This document shows positions 11,587 through 24,419 of a DNA stretch of 64,000 nt, one piece after another. A program made the position numbers and the translations under genes. Under the pieces are notes generated by a model, which was not told the origin of the DNA, searched no databases, and worked only from the letters and a program-made list of their open reading frames with translations. The number at the start of each line of letters is the position of its first letter. Positions within the stretch are counted from its first letter, which is position 1. The stretch is from Haliotis rubra (Eukaryota): the NCBI RefSeq assembly GCF_003918875.1, contig NW_025767168.1:806001-870000 (forward strand), written 5' to 3'.

Positions 11587-11656
11587 ATCCATCTGGACTC
11601 ACTGAGTCTGAGATTGAGGCTGATGATGACAATTCCTGTGATAGCTACAACGACAG
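11587..11656 (+). CDS. SMG5: SMG5 coding exon (PSGLTESEIEADDDNSCDSYND)
   Basis: tttcag| acceptor, AG|gtaaga donor; phase 1 to 2 bridges neighbours. Confidence 0.85.
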
Positions 11657-11922
11657 GTAAGATGCTTTATATTTAGAAATTAGCATCTGGAAAAAAGGTG
11701 AAACTCTTCGTGGCCAGCATAAAGTTTGTAACCATAGAAACATTCAACAAAATGGCTTTCAACACAACAAATTGCAGATGAAAGAATGCTTGCACTATAT
11801 TGTAATATGAAATGCAGTGTGTGGATCATTATTGCAATGAAATCCAGTGTGAAAGTCAGGCCAATATCATCACTATTATCTACCTATAAAGGACTGCCCC
11901 TCCAACATGTCCAAAGAAACTT

Positions 11923-12168
11923 TACCTGTGAAGGTCTGGGTTAGAATGAACCTTCAGTAACCCATGCTTGTCGTAAGAGCCGATTAACGGGATCGGGTGG
12001 TCAGGCTCTCTGGCTTGGTTGACACATGTCATCGGTTCCCAATTGCGCAGATCGATGTTCATGCTGCTGATCACTAGATTGTCTGGTCCAGACTTGATTA
12101 TTTACCGACCGCCGCCATATAGCTGTAATATTGCTGAGTGCGGTGTAAAACTAAACTCACTCACTCAC
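11923..12168 (+). mobile_element. Retroposon family B copy
   Basis: Full body, (ACTC)n tail; TSD tccaaagaaactt (11910-11922, 12169-12181). Confidence 0.9.
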
Positions 12169-12289
12169 TCCAAAGAAACTTGGTATTCACTGTTTAATGT
12201 ACAGAAATGTCTTTTCCCTTCACCATGTATACATCAAGCTTCAACAATATTGAAATGATAGTATACAGTAATATCTGCTCTGTCAAAGT

Positions 12290-12494
12290 GTACCCAAGAA
12301 GATGCATGTAAGAACTGGACCTCAGCAGCCCATGCTTGTTATGAGAGGTGGTTAATGTCATTAAATCTGAATCGCACGGATCGATGCTCATGATATTTAT
12401 ACCTGGATTGTCTGGTCAAGACTTGATTATTTACCGACTGCTGCCATATAGCTGTAATATTGCTGAGTGAGATGTTGATCAACAAACAACCAAA
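12290..12494 (+). mobile_element. Older family B variant with (AAAC)n tail
   Basis: Diverged body; TSD tctgtcaaagt (12279-12289, 12495-12505). Confidence 0.78.
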
Positions 12495-12787
12495 TCTGTC
12501 AAAGTCTGTTTTCATTTTTTTATGTTAAAACACTGAAAGTGGATGAATGTTTAGGCTCTGTGCAGTTTTATGACACCAGCTGAACTCTCATTTCTCGTTT
12601 ATAATAAGTTCATTTGCGTGGAGAGCAGAAGGTTATTGGTTTAATACTCTGGCCTCGTCATACAAAATGATGTTACCATTTTGCAATTGTTGCTCTGCCA
12701 GGTGCTAAGAATTATGGGAATGAAACAATACTGTGATAAGCAGACAGACCATTATGTGCACACTTTGATTTGTACATTGTTTGTCAG

Positions 12788-12917
12788 GGCGGAGGCTGAG
12801 CGGCTGAGACTGCAGCGGGTGATCGAGGTTATCCAGACAGAGGGTCTGCTGTCCACTGTCAAGGTCATGTGTGACTGGATGCAGTGCCATTCCACCATCA
12901 TCAACACTTGTGCTCAG
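12788..12917 (+). CDS. SMG5: SMG5 coding exon (AEAERLRLQRVIEVIQTEGLLSTVKVMCDWMQCHSTIINTCAQ)
   Basis: ttgtcag| acceptor, CAG|gtacgg donor; conserved EGLL..VKV..DW..CAQ. Confidence 0.94.
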
Positions 12918-13435
12918 GTACGGCACTGGGACAAAGACATAAACTCTTGTTTCGGCTCTGCAAGATGAAAAAGTCTAATTTAGGAAAATAATATTGTAAA
13001 TACTTATGTGTATTTGATTGAATACCCAGGTTCTCCTTTCTCAAAACTAATCTTTGCTACACGACTTTCACAAACTCACTATCTTCTACATTGATTTATG
13101 ATAGCAGTAAGACTGAGCACAAAGACTGCTATGCGGAAGAATGCCTGGGACTGAAGGTCATGGTGAACCATCACATATCGTCCATTCTTTCACCATCCAG
13201 TTAGTTCATCATCTCCAAATGTGCTGAAATGATGAACCAAAAATAATATGATGTCAGCACCGAATTTGTGTCAGATTTGTTCATGGCACTGAAATGAAAA
13301 GAATTGGGGTTTGTTTTTATATGTCATCAAGGTGAATTGGGTACTCAGGATCAGTGACGCGGTTGGTTGTATATTGTGTGTAAGACTGTGACAGTTTATG
13401 TACGATGTATATGTGATGAGACTGATGTTTTTCAG

Positions 13436-13512
13436 AGCTCCCAGTCCTTGTGGTGCAGATTGTCAGTTCTGCTCAACTTTCTGCCTCAGGAAAAAAGAAT
13501 TGATCAGCCATG
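13436..13512 (+). CDS. SMG5: SMG5 coding exon (SSQSLWCRLSVLLNFLPQEK..)
   Basis: tttttcag| acceptor, |gtgaga donor; conserved SSQSLW.RLSVLLN.LP; probable extra A in the A6 run. Confidence 0.92.
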
Positions 13513-14789
13513 GTGAGAGTACTATCAGCTAATATTACTTTGATCCATCAAAAGGATTAGAAGGCTTGAGAATATCAAAGTTGGACAACTCACTAAAGGA
13601 GTGTTGTGTTCACCAGACATCTGTCAAGAGTGTCGACTAATCTTTGCAATGCCCAGTTTCTGACCTTGCCACTTCCAGCCTTCTTTTCTTGTGTCAGAAC
13701 ATGAGTTGTGTCCCTTGTGATGAACACATGACATCCAATCAGATCACTGTCTTTATTTTTATTGTTTCACTAAGATGACTACCATGGCGAGGACTTGGTC
13801 AGTCAGATAATACAAATATTTTCAGATATCATTCCTGACAATCTAGCAAGATCACGCATTACCACAGTTAAAGATGCTTATGACTGCTGCATTTTGCTCT
13901 TACAATAGCTGAGAAATACGGACTAGTGAGACTGGTATCAAGTAGGACTGCACATTGTAGCAAGAGAAAACGCTCAGCAGGGGTTGTTTAAAAGTAGTGT
14001 TGCCTCTCAGTCTCTGTCATATACATCCTATCATGTAAGTTAAAAACTGTGAAGTTTGCACTCAAACATTTATGAGCACATAGGCAAGTTGATTTAGGAA
14101 ATGGAATGGAAAACATTTGTCTTTGTTTTATTTTATTTCCATAGCTATTGCCGTAACCAGGATTTTGTGTTCAAAACATGAATGAAGAATTGGTCAAATG
14201 TTCTGTAATTGGAGTATTAATCTGCTTCTTAGTCCACTCCTATTTTAGGCAGGAAGTGGGTATGAAATGGCAAGGAGGGAACTAGTCTTTGATATGGACT
14301 AGTGAACACACTTGTCTCAGGAGGATGCCAGGAGCCTATCCATAAGTCTGTTGTCTGTTGTCCACATGTCTGTAAAGCTTGACTGTTTTAAACTCACTTA
14401 AAATCCTCCATGTTGACCAGATTTGTTGTCAAATGTCCATCTCTCACCATACTTCTCACAAAATCTGCCTGGAAGCATAGCTAATGATGATGCAAACATT
14501 TCTGCTGTTGAGGACTTCAGTAACCACCAGGATGAAGCAAACTCCATCAAGACAGTCCATCATTTCAAACTTTGTATACGTGAAAAACGATTTAGTGCAT
14601 GACATTTTGAATATTGACCACGTTCCAAGCAACACGTTTGTCTCACTCTGATTGGAAATGATGGAAACATTGCACTGCCTCTCTTCATTGGTAAGCCCAA
14701 AGTTCCCTTTTTACAAACTAAGATGAACAGATGTCAGAAGCAGAGTGTTTGTTTTGTATGTATTTTCTCAATGTGTTTGTGTTCCACAG

Positions 14790-14969
14790 ATCAGATATGG
14801 TCTGATGAATTAAAGATGCGGCTGACGGACAGTAGCGCACCAAGCTGGTTTCAGTTGTTCCCTCTCCCGAGAGGACATCAACCTGTCTGGCTTCTCCGCC
14901 CTGGCCGACATCCAGGCCACCATTGACTTCACCTCCAAACACAGGGGACAGCTCAGTGAGATTCAGGAG
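14790..14969 (+). CDS. SMG5: SMG5 coding exon (..QIWSDELKMRL..FPLP / EDINLSGFSALADIQATIDF..EIQE)
   Basis: ttccacag| acceptor, GAG|gtgagt donor; the LPED motif is split across two frames at ~14869. Confidence 0.85.
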
Positions 14970-15320
14970 GTGAGTTAATTATTGGCCAGTGTCAAAAAAT
15001 GAACAACATAAAACAACTTTCTTCATCATTTGGATCATTTAACCTAAATTTTCTCAGGAATTCATTCTCAAATATTTCCCCTACAAATTGACTGACAAAA
15101 CAGTAGTAACTCTCATAGTGTTGTCTCCCTTTTATCCATGACTGGCCCTGTTTGACATCATATTGTTTACTTCAGTAAAATGAACGTAAGATCTGCATTT
15201 CTATCACCCTCAATCACTGTTTACCACTTCAGCTCGCACTACAGCACACTACAGGAAATGTTAGGTACATTGTAACTTATTTTGGTTTGAAATTATGACA
15301 CATTGTGTATTTGTTGCCAG

Positions 15321-15473
15321 ACATTTCTCCGGATCACCTGCCTGCGTCACTTCGGCCACTTCTTGGCCCAGTCCGGCTGTGTGGAGTTCACTTACAACCA
15401 GGAACAGGCCATGTTCTTTGGACCCTCACACACTGACCCTGAAGTCAGTGAGAAGGCAGCACAGGAGAAGATG
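15321..15473 (+). CDS. SMG5: SMG5 coding exon (TFLRITCLRHFGHFLAQSGCVEF..AAQEKM)
   Basis: ttgccag| acceptor, ATG|gtaagt donor; conserved RI.C.R.FGHF.A. Confidence 0.95.
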
Positions 15474-15508
15474 GTAAGTGCGATACAGACATTTGTCCCC
15501 GTTATACA

Positions 15509-16042
15509 TCATTCTAGCACGACATTGTGTGAAACTCGATTCTGATTGCCTGGGAGCTCATCAAAACCATACTTAAATGGCAGTTTAAGACCGCTAACTA
15601 AAGTGACCAATTCACCGAGTATGAATACAATGAACTTGTTGACCCTTTTGTTTGTAAACAAACATGTAGGACATCTGCGGTTTCTACGTCGGCAGCATCT
15701 TTGATGTTTTTGAAGTAAAAAGTGAATGGTTTGAAGAAGAATTTCTTGTCAGTAATCCCAGTGAACAAACTACGAAGCTGGAAAATTCGTCAGCAGCGCA
15801 AAAGTGGCAGTATTCAAACCGGGTCTAGATCTAGCAGGCATGACGTCGACAAACACACTTCGGCCGACACGTCCTAACCTGACCGCTTCCATTCCTTCCG
15901 TAATGCCCAGTCCTTCCGCTTCCACTGTCCATGTATCCCACATAAAACGTGTTCGCGTTCGGTTTTTAAATTACATTTAGCGGTCTTAAATCAACGATAA
16001 AGGACCGCAACATTGAAAACAGAGTAGCTTTATCTTCTAATT
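15509..16042 (+). mobile_element. Non-autonomous hairpin-ended element, internally deleted copy
   Basis: Highly similar to 18740-19181 plus 19683-19771. Confidence 0.85.
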
Positions 16043-17957
16043 CAATGTTTGTATGCAGCATTTTAATGCTGAAATGATAAACAATCTTGAGAAGCATGTA
16101 CCGGTTTGGTCTACAGCCATGGAAATCTGTTGTGTTGGTGGAGGAGAAACTTGTCTTGATTGATCTCTATCACATTGATCTATGTAGGCATTGGTTTGAG
16201 CCAGTGGCTCAGGTGTTTGCTTGCCACTTCAAACACCAAAGTTTGATTCCGCCAACAATAGCATAATTGAAGCACTTGATGTCACTCGCAGTGATATCGA
16301 CAGAATTTGACTAATACCATACTTATTCTGACTGATCATTTGTCAAGATTTGATCATAGAATTAATGCAAATTAACACAGATGTGTTAAAAAGATTGTTA
16401 TTTCTGTTACTTTTTTTTACATTTTTTGCTGATAATTTCACTGGAGTAGAACCTGTTTTTTCTTTAATGCTGTAATACAAATAGCAGCAGTGCCAAGCAG
16501 CGATGGAGAAATAGAGTTGTCTCCCTTATACCACACAACTTGTCCCAACAGCTGTTGGCATGGCACAAACTCAAGAAAAAGTATTGCATTTCACATAATG
16601 CGTTCACAGGCTGTTTTAGCTCCAGTTCTACAGGATGCCCTGACATGCATTACAGTCGATATTTATGCAATGTGCAAACCAGTGCAAGAAATACATATCT
16701 TACATGGTTAATCATGAAGTGACTCTTGTGAAAAAAATTCATTCTAAAAACAAAATATGTGCTATTCATTCCTATGTTTCCTCGCTTCCACAGATGACAT
16801 CATCCCTCTCAGTAAAGTGAAGTGAGAAAAACAGGCTGTCAGTTTCCATTTAGTCATGGCTATTTAACTCGAATAGTTACATCATCTGTGTTCAAGGCAA
16901 ATACCTGCGTACTATAGTGTTACGCATACACATTCGCTTGTTTATTAGTTTAGCAGTTGTGCAAAAATTACTGCTTCCCATTTGGTCTAAACAGTGAGAG
17001 AAAAAGCTATTAGAACTTATCAATTTCTGAATAGTGTAACATGTCTCCTTATTTAAACAGTTCCTTCTTCTATCATTAAGACGAGAATGTTTTAATGGGA
17101 ACATGGAGCCGGGCCACACACGTTGAGGTGTCTATGCAGGAAGCTAGGACTGTTTGCAAAGTAGGAAAAAGTTGTACTTGTTAAATGCGCAATGTTGAGA
17201 TATCCTTACGAAATGCTGATTTACACTGACAAGGTTTTCATTTCAAATAGGGATGGTGACGGATCTGGGTTTGAGTTATAATGAATGTTTTGAATCTGGT
17301 TTCATCTTGTAAGAGCTTTGGACTCGCACAGATATGTTTTGTCAGTCTTAACTTATCAGCCACTTCTTGTAGTGCCCTTTTTGCTGGATTATTTTGGCTA
17401 CAGATCCTAGGGAATGTTTCGCTGGATTTTGTTTTGTTTCATTTGAGTGCAGAGAATACGCACTTAGGTTCCATACTGGAATGTTATCATATCTCCACTG
17501 GATATCTGTGTGAGGTATCTTCCTTCCCAAGACGTTGCCTTGCAACTGTTGTCCCATATAACTTTGTTTTTCAAACTGTGGGACCAGTAGTACCCATGCT
17601 TATCCCATTTTGTTTTTGTCCATGTACCTTGGACGTATTTCCTTTTGTAGGTCCAAGGAAGTCGCCATCTCTATCTGTCTTACCAGTAACTTGGTACAGA
17701 TGTTCTCTCGCTCATGTAATTAGATTAGATACCTATTTATAGCATCACATATTTCCGATGGTGCGTCAAAACAAAGTTATGGTGTTGAATGGGTTCAGTG
17801 TATTGACCGAAGTAGGGTGGAAATACAGTGCATTGGACAGTAGAAGATGTTGCCTGTCCAGAGTGTGCTGGGGTTGAATGTGTGTCGTCTGACCTTGACT
17901 GTTTGAAACAGGGATCATGCTGTCAGCCATTGGTTTGCAGGGTCCACTTAATGACAG

Positions 17958-18126
17958 TGGGTGAGTGAGTGAGTATGGTTTTACGCTGCTTTTAGCAATA
18001 TTCCAGCAATGTCACGGCAGGGGACACCAGAAATGGGCTTCACACATTGTACCCATGTGGGGAATCGAACCCGGGGCATCGGCGTGACGAGCGAACGCTT
18101 TAACCACCAGGCTACCCCACCGCCCC
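17958..18126 (-). mobile_element. SINE family A, antisense copy, inserted in an old family B relic
   Basis: Reverse complement of family A with (ACTC)n tail; TSD acttaatgacag. Confidence 0.92.
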
Positions 18127-18224
18127 ACTTAATGACAGACAGCTATGACATAGCTGGAATACTAGGGTTGTAATGACTGGCCAAGTCCTTCAATAACTCC
18201 TCACAATGGAATTATGTTTTGTTA

Positions 18225-18620
18225 CAGCTGAAGACCCTGGAACACCTGGGTTAGAATTTGTCTTCAGCAACGCATGTTTGTTGTAAAAGGTAACGGGGCG
18301 GTGGGGTAGCCTAGTGGTTAAAGCGTTGGCTCGTCACGCCGAAGACCCGGGTTCGATTCCCCACATGGGCACAATGTGTTAAGCCCATTTCTGGTGTCCC
18401 CCGCCGTGATATTGCTGGAATATTGCTAAAAGCGCCGTAAAACTAAACTCAGTCAGTCAGTCAGTCAGTAAAAGGTAACTTACGGGATCAGGTTGTCAGA
18501 CTCACTGACTTGATTGACACATCGTATCGCAGGTGTGTAGATCAATGCTCATGATATTGATCACTTGATTGCCGTGTCCAGGTTCGATTATTTACAGACC
18601 AACATGAGCGGGGTTAAACC
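18225..18620 (+). mobile_element. Diverged family B copy interrupted by a SINE A
   Basis: Family B body split at gtaaaaggtaac. Confidence 0.75.
18295..18467 (+). mobile_element. SINE family A, full length (nested)
   Basis: TSD gtaaaaggtaac (18283-18294, 18468-18479). Confidence 0.93.
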
Positions 18621-18739
18621 AAAAACAGAAGAAATAAAAACAGAAGTGCAAAAGATCTTGTGTGCAAAAAGGAGTTTTGATAAACATCTGGATTCTTTTT
18701 TTCATACCATATCTAATGCTTATGCACCCTTTAATGGAA

Positions 18740-19771
18740 ATTCTAGCACAACATAGTGTGATACTCGATTCTGATTGGCTGAGAGCTCATCAAAACCGTA
18801 CTTAAATGGCAGTTTAAGACCGCTAATGAAAGTGACCGATTCACCGCGTATGAATACAACGAACTCGTTGACCCTATTGTTTGTAAACAAACATGTCGGA
18901 CATCGGCGATTTCTACCTCGGCAGCATCTTTGGTGTTTTTGAAGTAAAAAGCGAATGGTTTGAAGAAGAATTTCTTGACCCTAATCCCAGTGAAGAAACT
19001 ACGAAGCTGGAAAATCCATCAGCAGCGCAAAAGCTGCAGTATATTCAAACCGGGTCTAGATCTAGCAGGCATGACGTCGACAACACGCGTCGCCCCACAC
19101 GTCCTAACCTGACCGCTTCCATCCCGGCCGTAATGCCCAGTCCTTCCACTTCCACTCTCCATGTATCCCACATAAAACGTGGCATGTCAGGTCTTTTCCA
19201 AATTGGGAATAGTAGGCTGGTTATCAACAATTATTTCCGTGAATAAAGTTAGCGGCGGCTAAACTTAGCGAGTTCACGGCTTGAATTGGGGCGAGTCGAT
19301 TGTCATACAGTAGGGGAGATCAATAATTCACTTTAGAAAAATCAAATAATTGTACTTGCTCACAGTATAAACTGTATTTTTTTTTATTTGTGTATGTTAC
19401 TTCTTACAAATACAAGCATACTGGTTCCGGAAATAAAGCTTTTATGTCGTTAAAAATGTCTTATTTTGTTAATTATACAACCTGTCCCTCAACGGGACAA
19501 TTCCAAGCGATTTCCAGGAAAAAGGCCCCTTCACGCCTTGTGTTCTTGTGCGCCAAACAGTTCGGGTTTAGAACGCTTATCAGTCGTGCTAGAATGAATA
19601 TATAGATACTCTGTTTTTAATTTTGGGGTCCTTTATTGTTGATTTAAGACCGCTAAATGTTTAATTTAAAACCTCACTCTAACGCGTTCGGTTTTTAAAT
19701 TACATTTAGCGGTCTTAAATCAACGATAAAGGACAGCAAAATTGAAAACAGAGTAGCTTTATCTTCTAATT
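18740..19771 (+). mobile_element. Non-autonomous element with subterminal inverted repeat and long 3' palindrome (Helentron/HINE-like or Crypton-like; class uncertain)
   Basis: 5' attctagcac.ac is inverted to gtcgtgctagaatga (19583-19597); hairpin arms 19607-19673 and 19690-19755; second copy at 15509. Confidence 0.8.
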
Positions 19772-20187
19772 TTATGACATTCAGATATGAATGATATTTC
19801 AGTTTCCAAGTTGTCGTTGAATGCCATCATGAACATGTCATCTCTGATAATTCTGATAACAAATGCTATTGAGAGATGTGTGATTGCTGATGATTGCATA
19901 TTTAATTTACGTTGAAGTATCATTACCCACTGATTAATGATAATGACAGAGAAGATTTAGATCTGTTCATGTCGGCTTTTTTTTATTCAATTACTGTTTC
20001 GAGTTCACCCAGAGATTATGTCAAGGATAACCTCCGAGTAATTGCTGTTTGAGTGAATGACAAAGCATGACAACTGAAAAATGAAACAACTGCATCCAAA
20101 TTAAGAGGTGATTTCAGTGCGAGTGTAAACCATGGTACTATTTCCATGAGTGAATTACATACCAGTATCCCATTTCTCAGTGATTAC

Positions 20188-20368
20188 CAGGATCGGGTGG
20201 TCAGGCTCGCTGGCTTGGTTTGACATATTGTAGAAGTTCCCAATTGCACAGGTCATTGCTCATGCTGTTGATCACTGGATTGTCTGGTTCAGACTCGATT
20301 ATTTACAGACACCTGCCATATAGATGGAATATTGCTGAGTGCAGCGTAAAACTAAACTCACTCACTCA
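20188..20368 (+). mobile_element. Family B, 5'-truncated
   Basis: TSD ctcagtgattac (20176-20187, 20369-20380). Confidence 0.88.
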
Positions 20369-21190
20369 CTCAGTGATTACTCAGCTGTAACTGTGTGTGA
20401 AGGAAATGGACTTTTGACAGCAGTGTTTCTTCACAACAACCCTGTCCTAAACAGTCAATAAATACAGGGATTTATCTACACCTGAGATGGATATATTGAC
20501 CAAAGTCTGAAGCAAATGTCAGTGAAAAAACTCTAGTTGTAATTTAAAATGATTATATCTCAGTAAATCTTAGTCTATTATGCAAAAATCTCAGATCTAT
20601 CAATTCAAGTTTCGACTTAAAAGATGTTAAAAAACTGAATTCTTAAAATAATGCCAGTACACCAGAAGGTCATACAAATATATAAATATCATCACTAATG
20701 TAATTATAACTATAGAGGTGACTGGAATTCACTGAAGACAGGACCAATGAATAACCGGAGACTGCAATGATTAGTTGTACAATTTCTGAATTGAATGAAG
20801 TACTAAGATAACCCTCACATCCAAACATTTTACTCAGTTTGTCTGCCAAGTGCACATATTCTGGAATCCTAGATGAATGGCTGAAATATGCCAGAAAAAT
20901 GGAGATAGACATAAGTCTTTAGAAGTTAAATAAAGTGTCCTGCAAAGTAGTTGAAGTTACTGTATATAGAACCACTTTCAGATTCGTTAACAATATCTTT
21001 CTTTGACCAGCTTGCTTTGATTTTAATTACCAGAACAATTAAGTTAAATTGTTCAAAGTAAGAATGCTTGAGTGGTTCAAAAACTTCCTTATTGCACTAC
21101 AGATAATGGCACTTGGTGTTTTGAACTTTCTCACCAATTTACATGGTACTTATGTTAAATTGAATCCTTGACCTCATTAGTAGGATTAAA

Positions 21191-21600
21191 ACCGGCTGTG
21201 TGGTCTAGTTGGTAGAGTGTCTGCCTGGAGGCTGGCAGTGATCTGATCCACCACTGGATCACACCTAAAGGCATTATAGCGTACCTGTTGTTGCCCTGCC
21301 TTGTACTGGGCATTGAGGTCATGAAAGGAGGACTGGTCAGCTTGTAGTGGGTATAATGTGTCTGCCTGGTGGCTGGCAGTGATCTGATCCACCACTGGAT
21401 CACACCTAAAGGCATTATAGCGTACCTGTTGTTGCCCTGCCTTGTACTGGGCATTGAGGTCATGAAAGGAGGACTGGTCAGCTTGTAGTGGGTATAATGT
21501 GTAATGGGGTATTCACTGTAAAATGGTATCTCATCGATAAAGCACTATAAAACTGGCGTTACTCCAGTCTTAGCACCCCATGAGTGCTAAGCCCATGCAT
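21191..21600 (+). mobile_element. Old SINE family C relic containing a recent 141-bp tandem duplication (21218-21502)
   Basis: Degenerate tRNA head and blocks similar to 45723 copy (ggactggtcagct..gtataatgtgt..ggggtattca..atggtatctca..agcactat); near-perfect 141-nt repeat. Confidence 0.7.
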
Positions 21601-24291
21601 GTAGAGTAATTCTATCATTTAAAGAGGCGAGTCTAGATAAGCGGACAGTACCCCAGACTGTTATTTATTTATTTTAGAAATTATCATTTAAACTATTAAT
21701 TATTACCTTAGAGACTTGTGCAAGTTTATCCAGTCTCATAGCAAACACATGCACCTGCAATATTAAACCCCATGTCACCTAAATTTTGTTTATAGAACAT
21801 TGTCACTGTTTCTGCATGGAACGTTTGTGCAATAAGTATCTTATCCCTATCCTTATCCTTATCCTATATCTTGATAAATCTTGAGGCCCAAAGGACAGTT
21901 TATTGTGAGTTAGTGTTCATGTTATCAAGTTTCACAATTTTGAAAATGTTCCACTTGCTGTGACATCAAGCCTTTCTTAACTCCTGAAGATATGTTTGAA
22001 GAAACAATTCCTGTTATCAAAGCCTTCTCCGTCTCAACATTACATCAAATGTTAGAAGACAAGAAACTCAGACAGTGTTTATTTTCAGAATTTTGTTCTG
22101 TCTGTACTGGTTCCATGAATGCTTCTTCTGTTAATCAGACATTTCTTACATCTATGTCATGGAAGTTAGCATATCTGGAGGGGTGCTGTTGATATGGAAA
22201 CAAGGTTCATTTTGGTGTCAAACTTTTTCTGATTACTGAATAATGCCTTTTTTGATTACATGTTATTCCATCTTCACAGTATCAGTGAACAGCTTCGTGT
22301 AATATCGGTAAACTTCCTCTATAATGCCCATTGTACAACTGGAATTGATATCACAAGTAAACAGTAAAATTAGATTCAATTGAGATAGGAAAAGTTAACC
22401 CTCTTTAAAAGTTCCACTGTTTATTGACATAAAAATGATACAATTATAAACAAACAAAAATGACAGCATTTTCAATAATATTTGTTTACGTTTCAATGTC
22501 ATCCGCAATGGGAAAATATCATTAAAGATGTGAGATTGCACCAAGGGGTGATCCACAGCAAATTAAGTGTGATGCTGAACCGGTTAGGGAAGACACATGA
22601 TCCCATGGTTCTGCTGATACTCATCTTATCAGTGAAGCTACAGACATGGCCAGTGTTTGTGTTTGTATGCTGTTTCCCTGGCCCGTGTAATTGCTGCGGA
22701 TGTCTGCACCTTCCCACTCTGTCATTTAACAGAGACTGTTTATTTATGCTGAGGAGGCTGTGGTAAGAACATTGCCAAGAATGTCAGGCCAGACTGGCAT
22801 GATTCATGTGCACGGCTGTCATTGTTGAAGCTCTTCATGGCCAGTTGATGGTCATCACCTTGACCATTAGGCGGACCTGTGTTTATCCTGGGTGTTTATG
22901 TTTCATTGGCAGCCATAATTAGAGGCCAGGGACTGGTTGGGTGCTTCATGGGCCCTTGCCAGCCATAAGCTGTAGATGAGAGAACATTCATGTCCAAACA
23001 GGGATTGAAGCACTAGCTGCTAGAACTCTACTCATTCATTGCCGATGCTGTGCATCGCAAGAATTTGCCACAAGAAAGATCAGCTATGACGATTTTACTG
23101 TAATGTAATACATGACTGTAAATTAGATTGTTTACTAAGAATGAAGTATAAGGAATCAAGAAATCATTGTATAGAGAAAACCCATTTGAGCCAGAGTGTA
23201 GTGTCTGTTAGACTGACTCTGAAATGAACATATTTTAGAGAATAATAACTGTTTCTAAATTTCCTTCATATAATGTAAAACTTTCTTCATTTTCATAAAC
23301 TGCAGTGATCTAGACTTGCCACAAATTCTAGACTTGCACTGGCTAATTTTGGTCTTTTAGTTAAGGGTCTGTGTGACAGACTAAATGTGTATGTACAACA
23401 TAGGTAAGGGAGATGGTAGACATCAGTTTGCATGTACATTGTATCATGGATCCACATGTATTTAAATATAGACAGGGAGTGAGAGTTAGTAAACATATTG
23501 TTGATGATATTATGTAATAGTAGATGATAATTACTGGTAACAAAGAAACTGGTAGAGATAGAAGTACATATTTCAGAAGAGACCAATCAGAATAGGTTGT
23601 AAACTCTGTGATTTTGTCTATCTCACAATATCAGCTATATTTTCCCTTCAGTCCAGTCCTTTCTTCAATGCAAAAGCCATTTGTAGAGACGAAGCATTTG
23701 TCAACTATGGGGTCTCTTCTGTTACTGGGCATGGTGTGTGTAACGGTTCCTTTGACTTTGACATGATCTGGTTCTGGGTAATTAATATGGGATAGCATCA
23801 GCAGAATATCCTGTGTAGTGTAATAAAATGGAAATCTTTGTTAAGATGTCCTAGATAACACATAACCTCTGATCTGCTTGCATCTTGGATAAAAAGTAGG
23901 TGAACAACACAAGACACCCTTATGACACCCTATAATAAAGAAATCTACCCATACCACCATCCTAAAGCAACACAAGTGATTATACCGGGTTCCTGGAGGT
24001 TTAGTTAAGACAGCCAACAAAAAGCCCTGAAAAAGAATAAATTATAACTTTAGACCAAAACAAATTGTGTCCAACTCTGTAAAATTAAAAGAACATGATA
24101 TTTTATTAGTGCTTTTTGAAAGAAATAGTGATTAATGCAGATAAGAATGTTTCTACTAACAATATAATCGTTCTGACGGTTTTTGAACCATGTTATTTTA
24201 CCTTCCACCAGCCCAATCCATCATACAAAACCCCTTGATGAAGTTAGTTATGTTTTCTCCAGATTACATTCTGCATCTTCCATCTCACTGG

Positions 24292-24419
24292 ACGTCATGC
24301 CGAAGACCCGGTTCGAATCCCCACATGGGTACAATGCGTGAAGCCCATTTCTGGTCTCCCCCCTGTGATGTTGCTGGAATATTGCTTAAAGCGGCGTAAA
24401 ACCGAACTCAGTCAGTCAG
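24292..24419 (+). mobile_element. SINE family A, 5'-truncated
   Basis: TSD tccatctcactgg (24279-24291, 24420-24432). Confidence 0.9.

Noticed and set aside
13511-14790. TG|A junction as a selenocysteine or readthrough codon
   Set aside because: The frame after it closes within a few codons (tca gat atg gtc tga); an indel explains it better
16890-17760. ORFs 17281-17742 (+) and 17348-17557 (-); faint resemblance to a decayed transposon protein on the minus strand
   Set aside because: No motif I can support; needs tblastn against Repbase
18893-19246. 117-aa ORF
   Set aside because: Inside a non-autonomous repeat; the second copy at ~15660-15950 has indels; no recognisable domain
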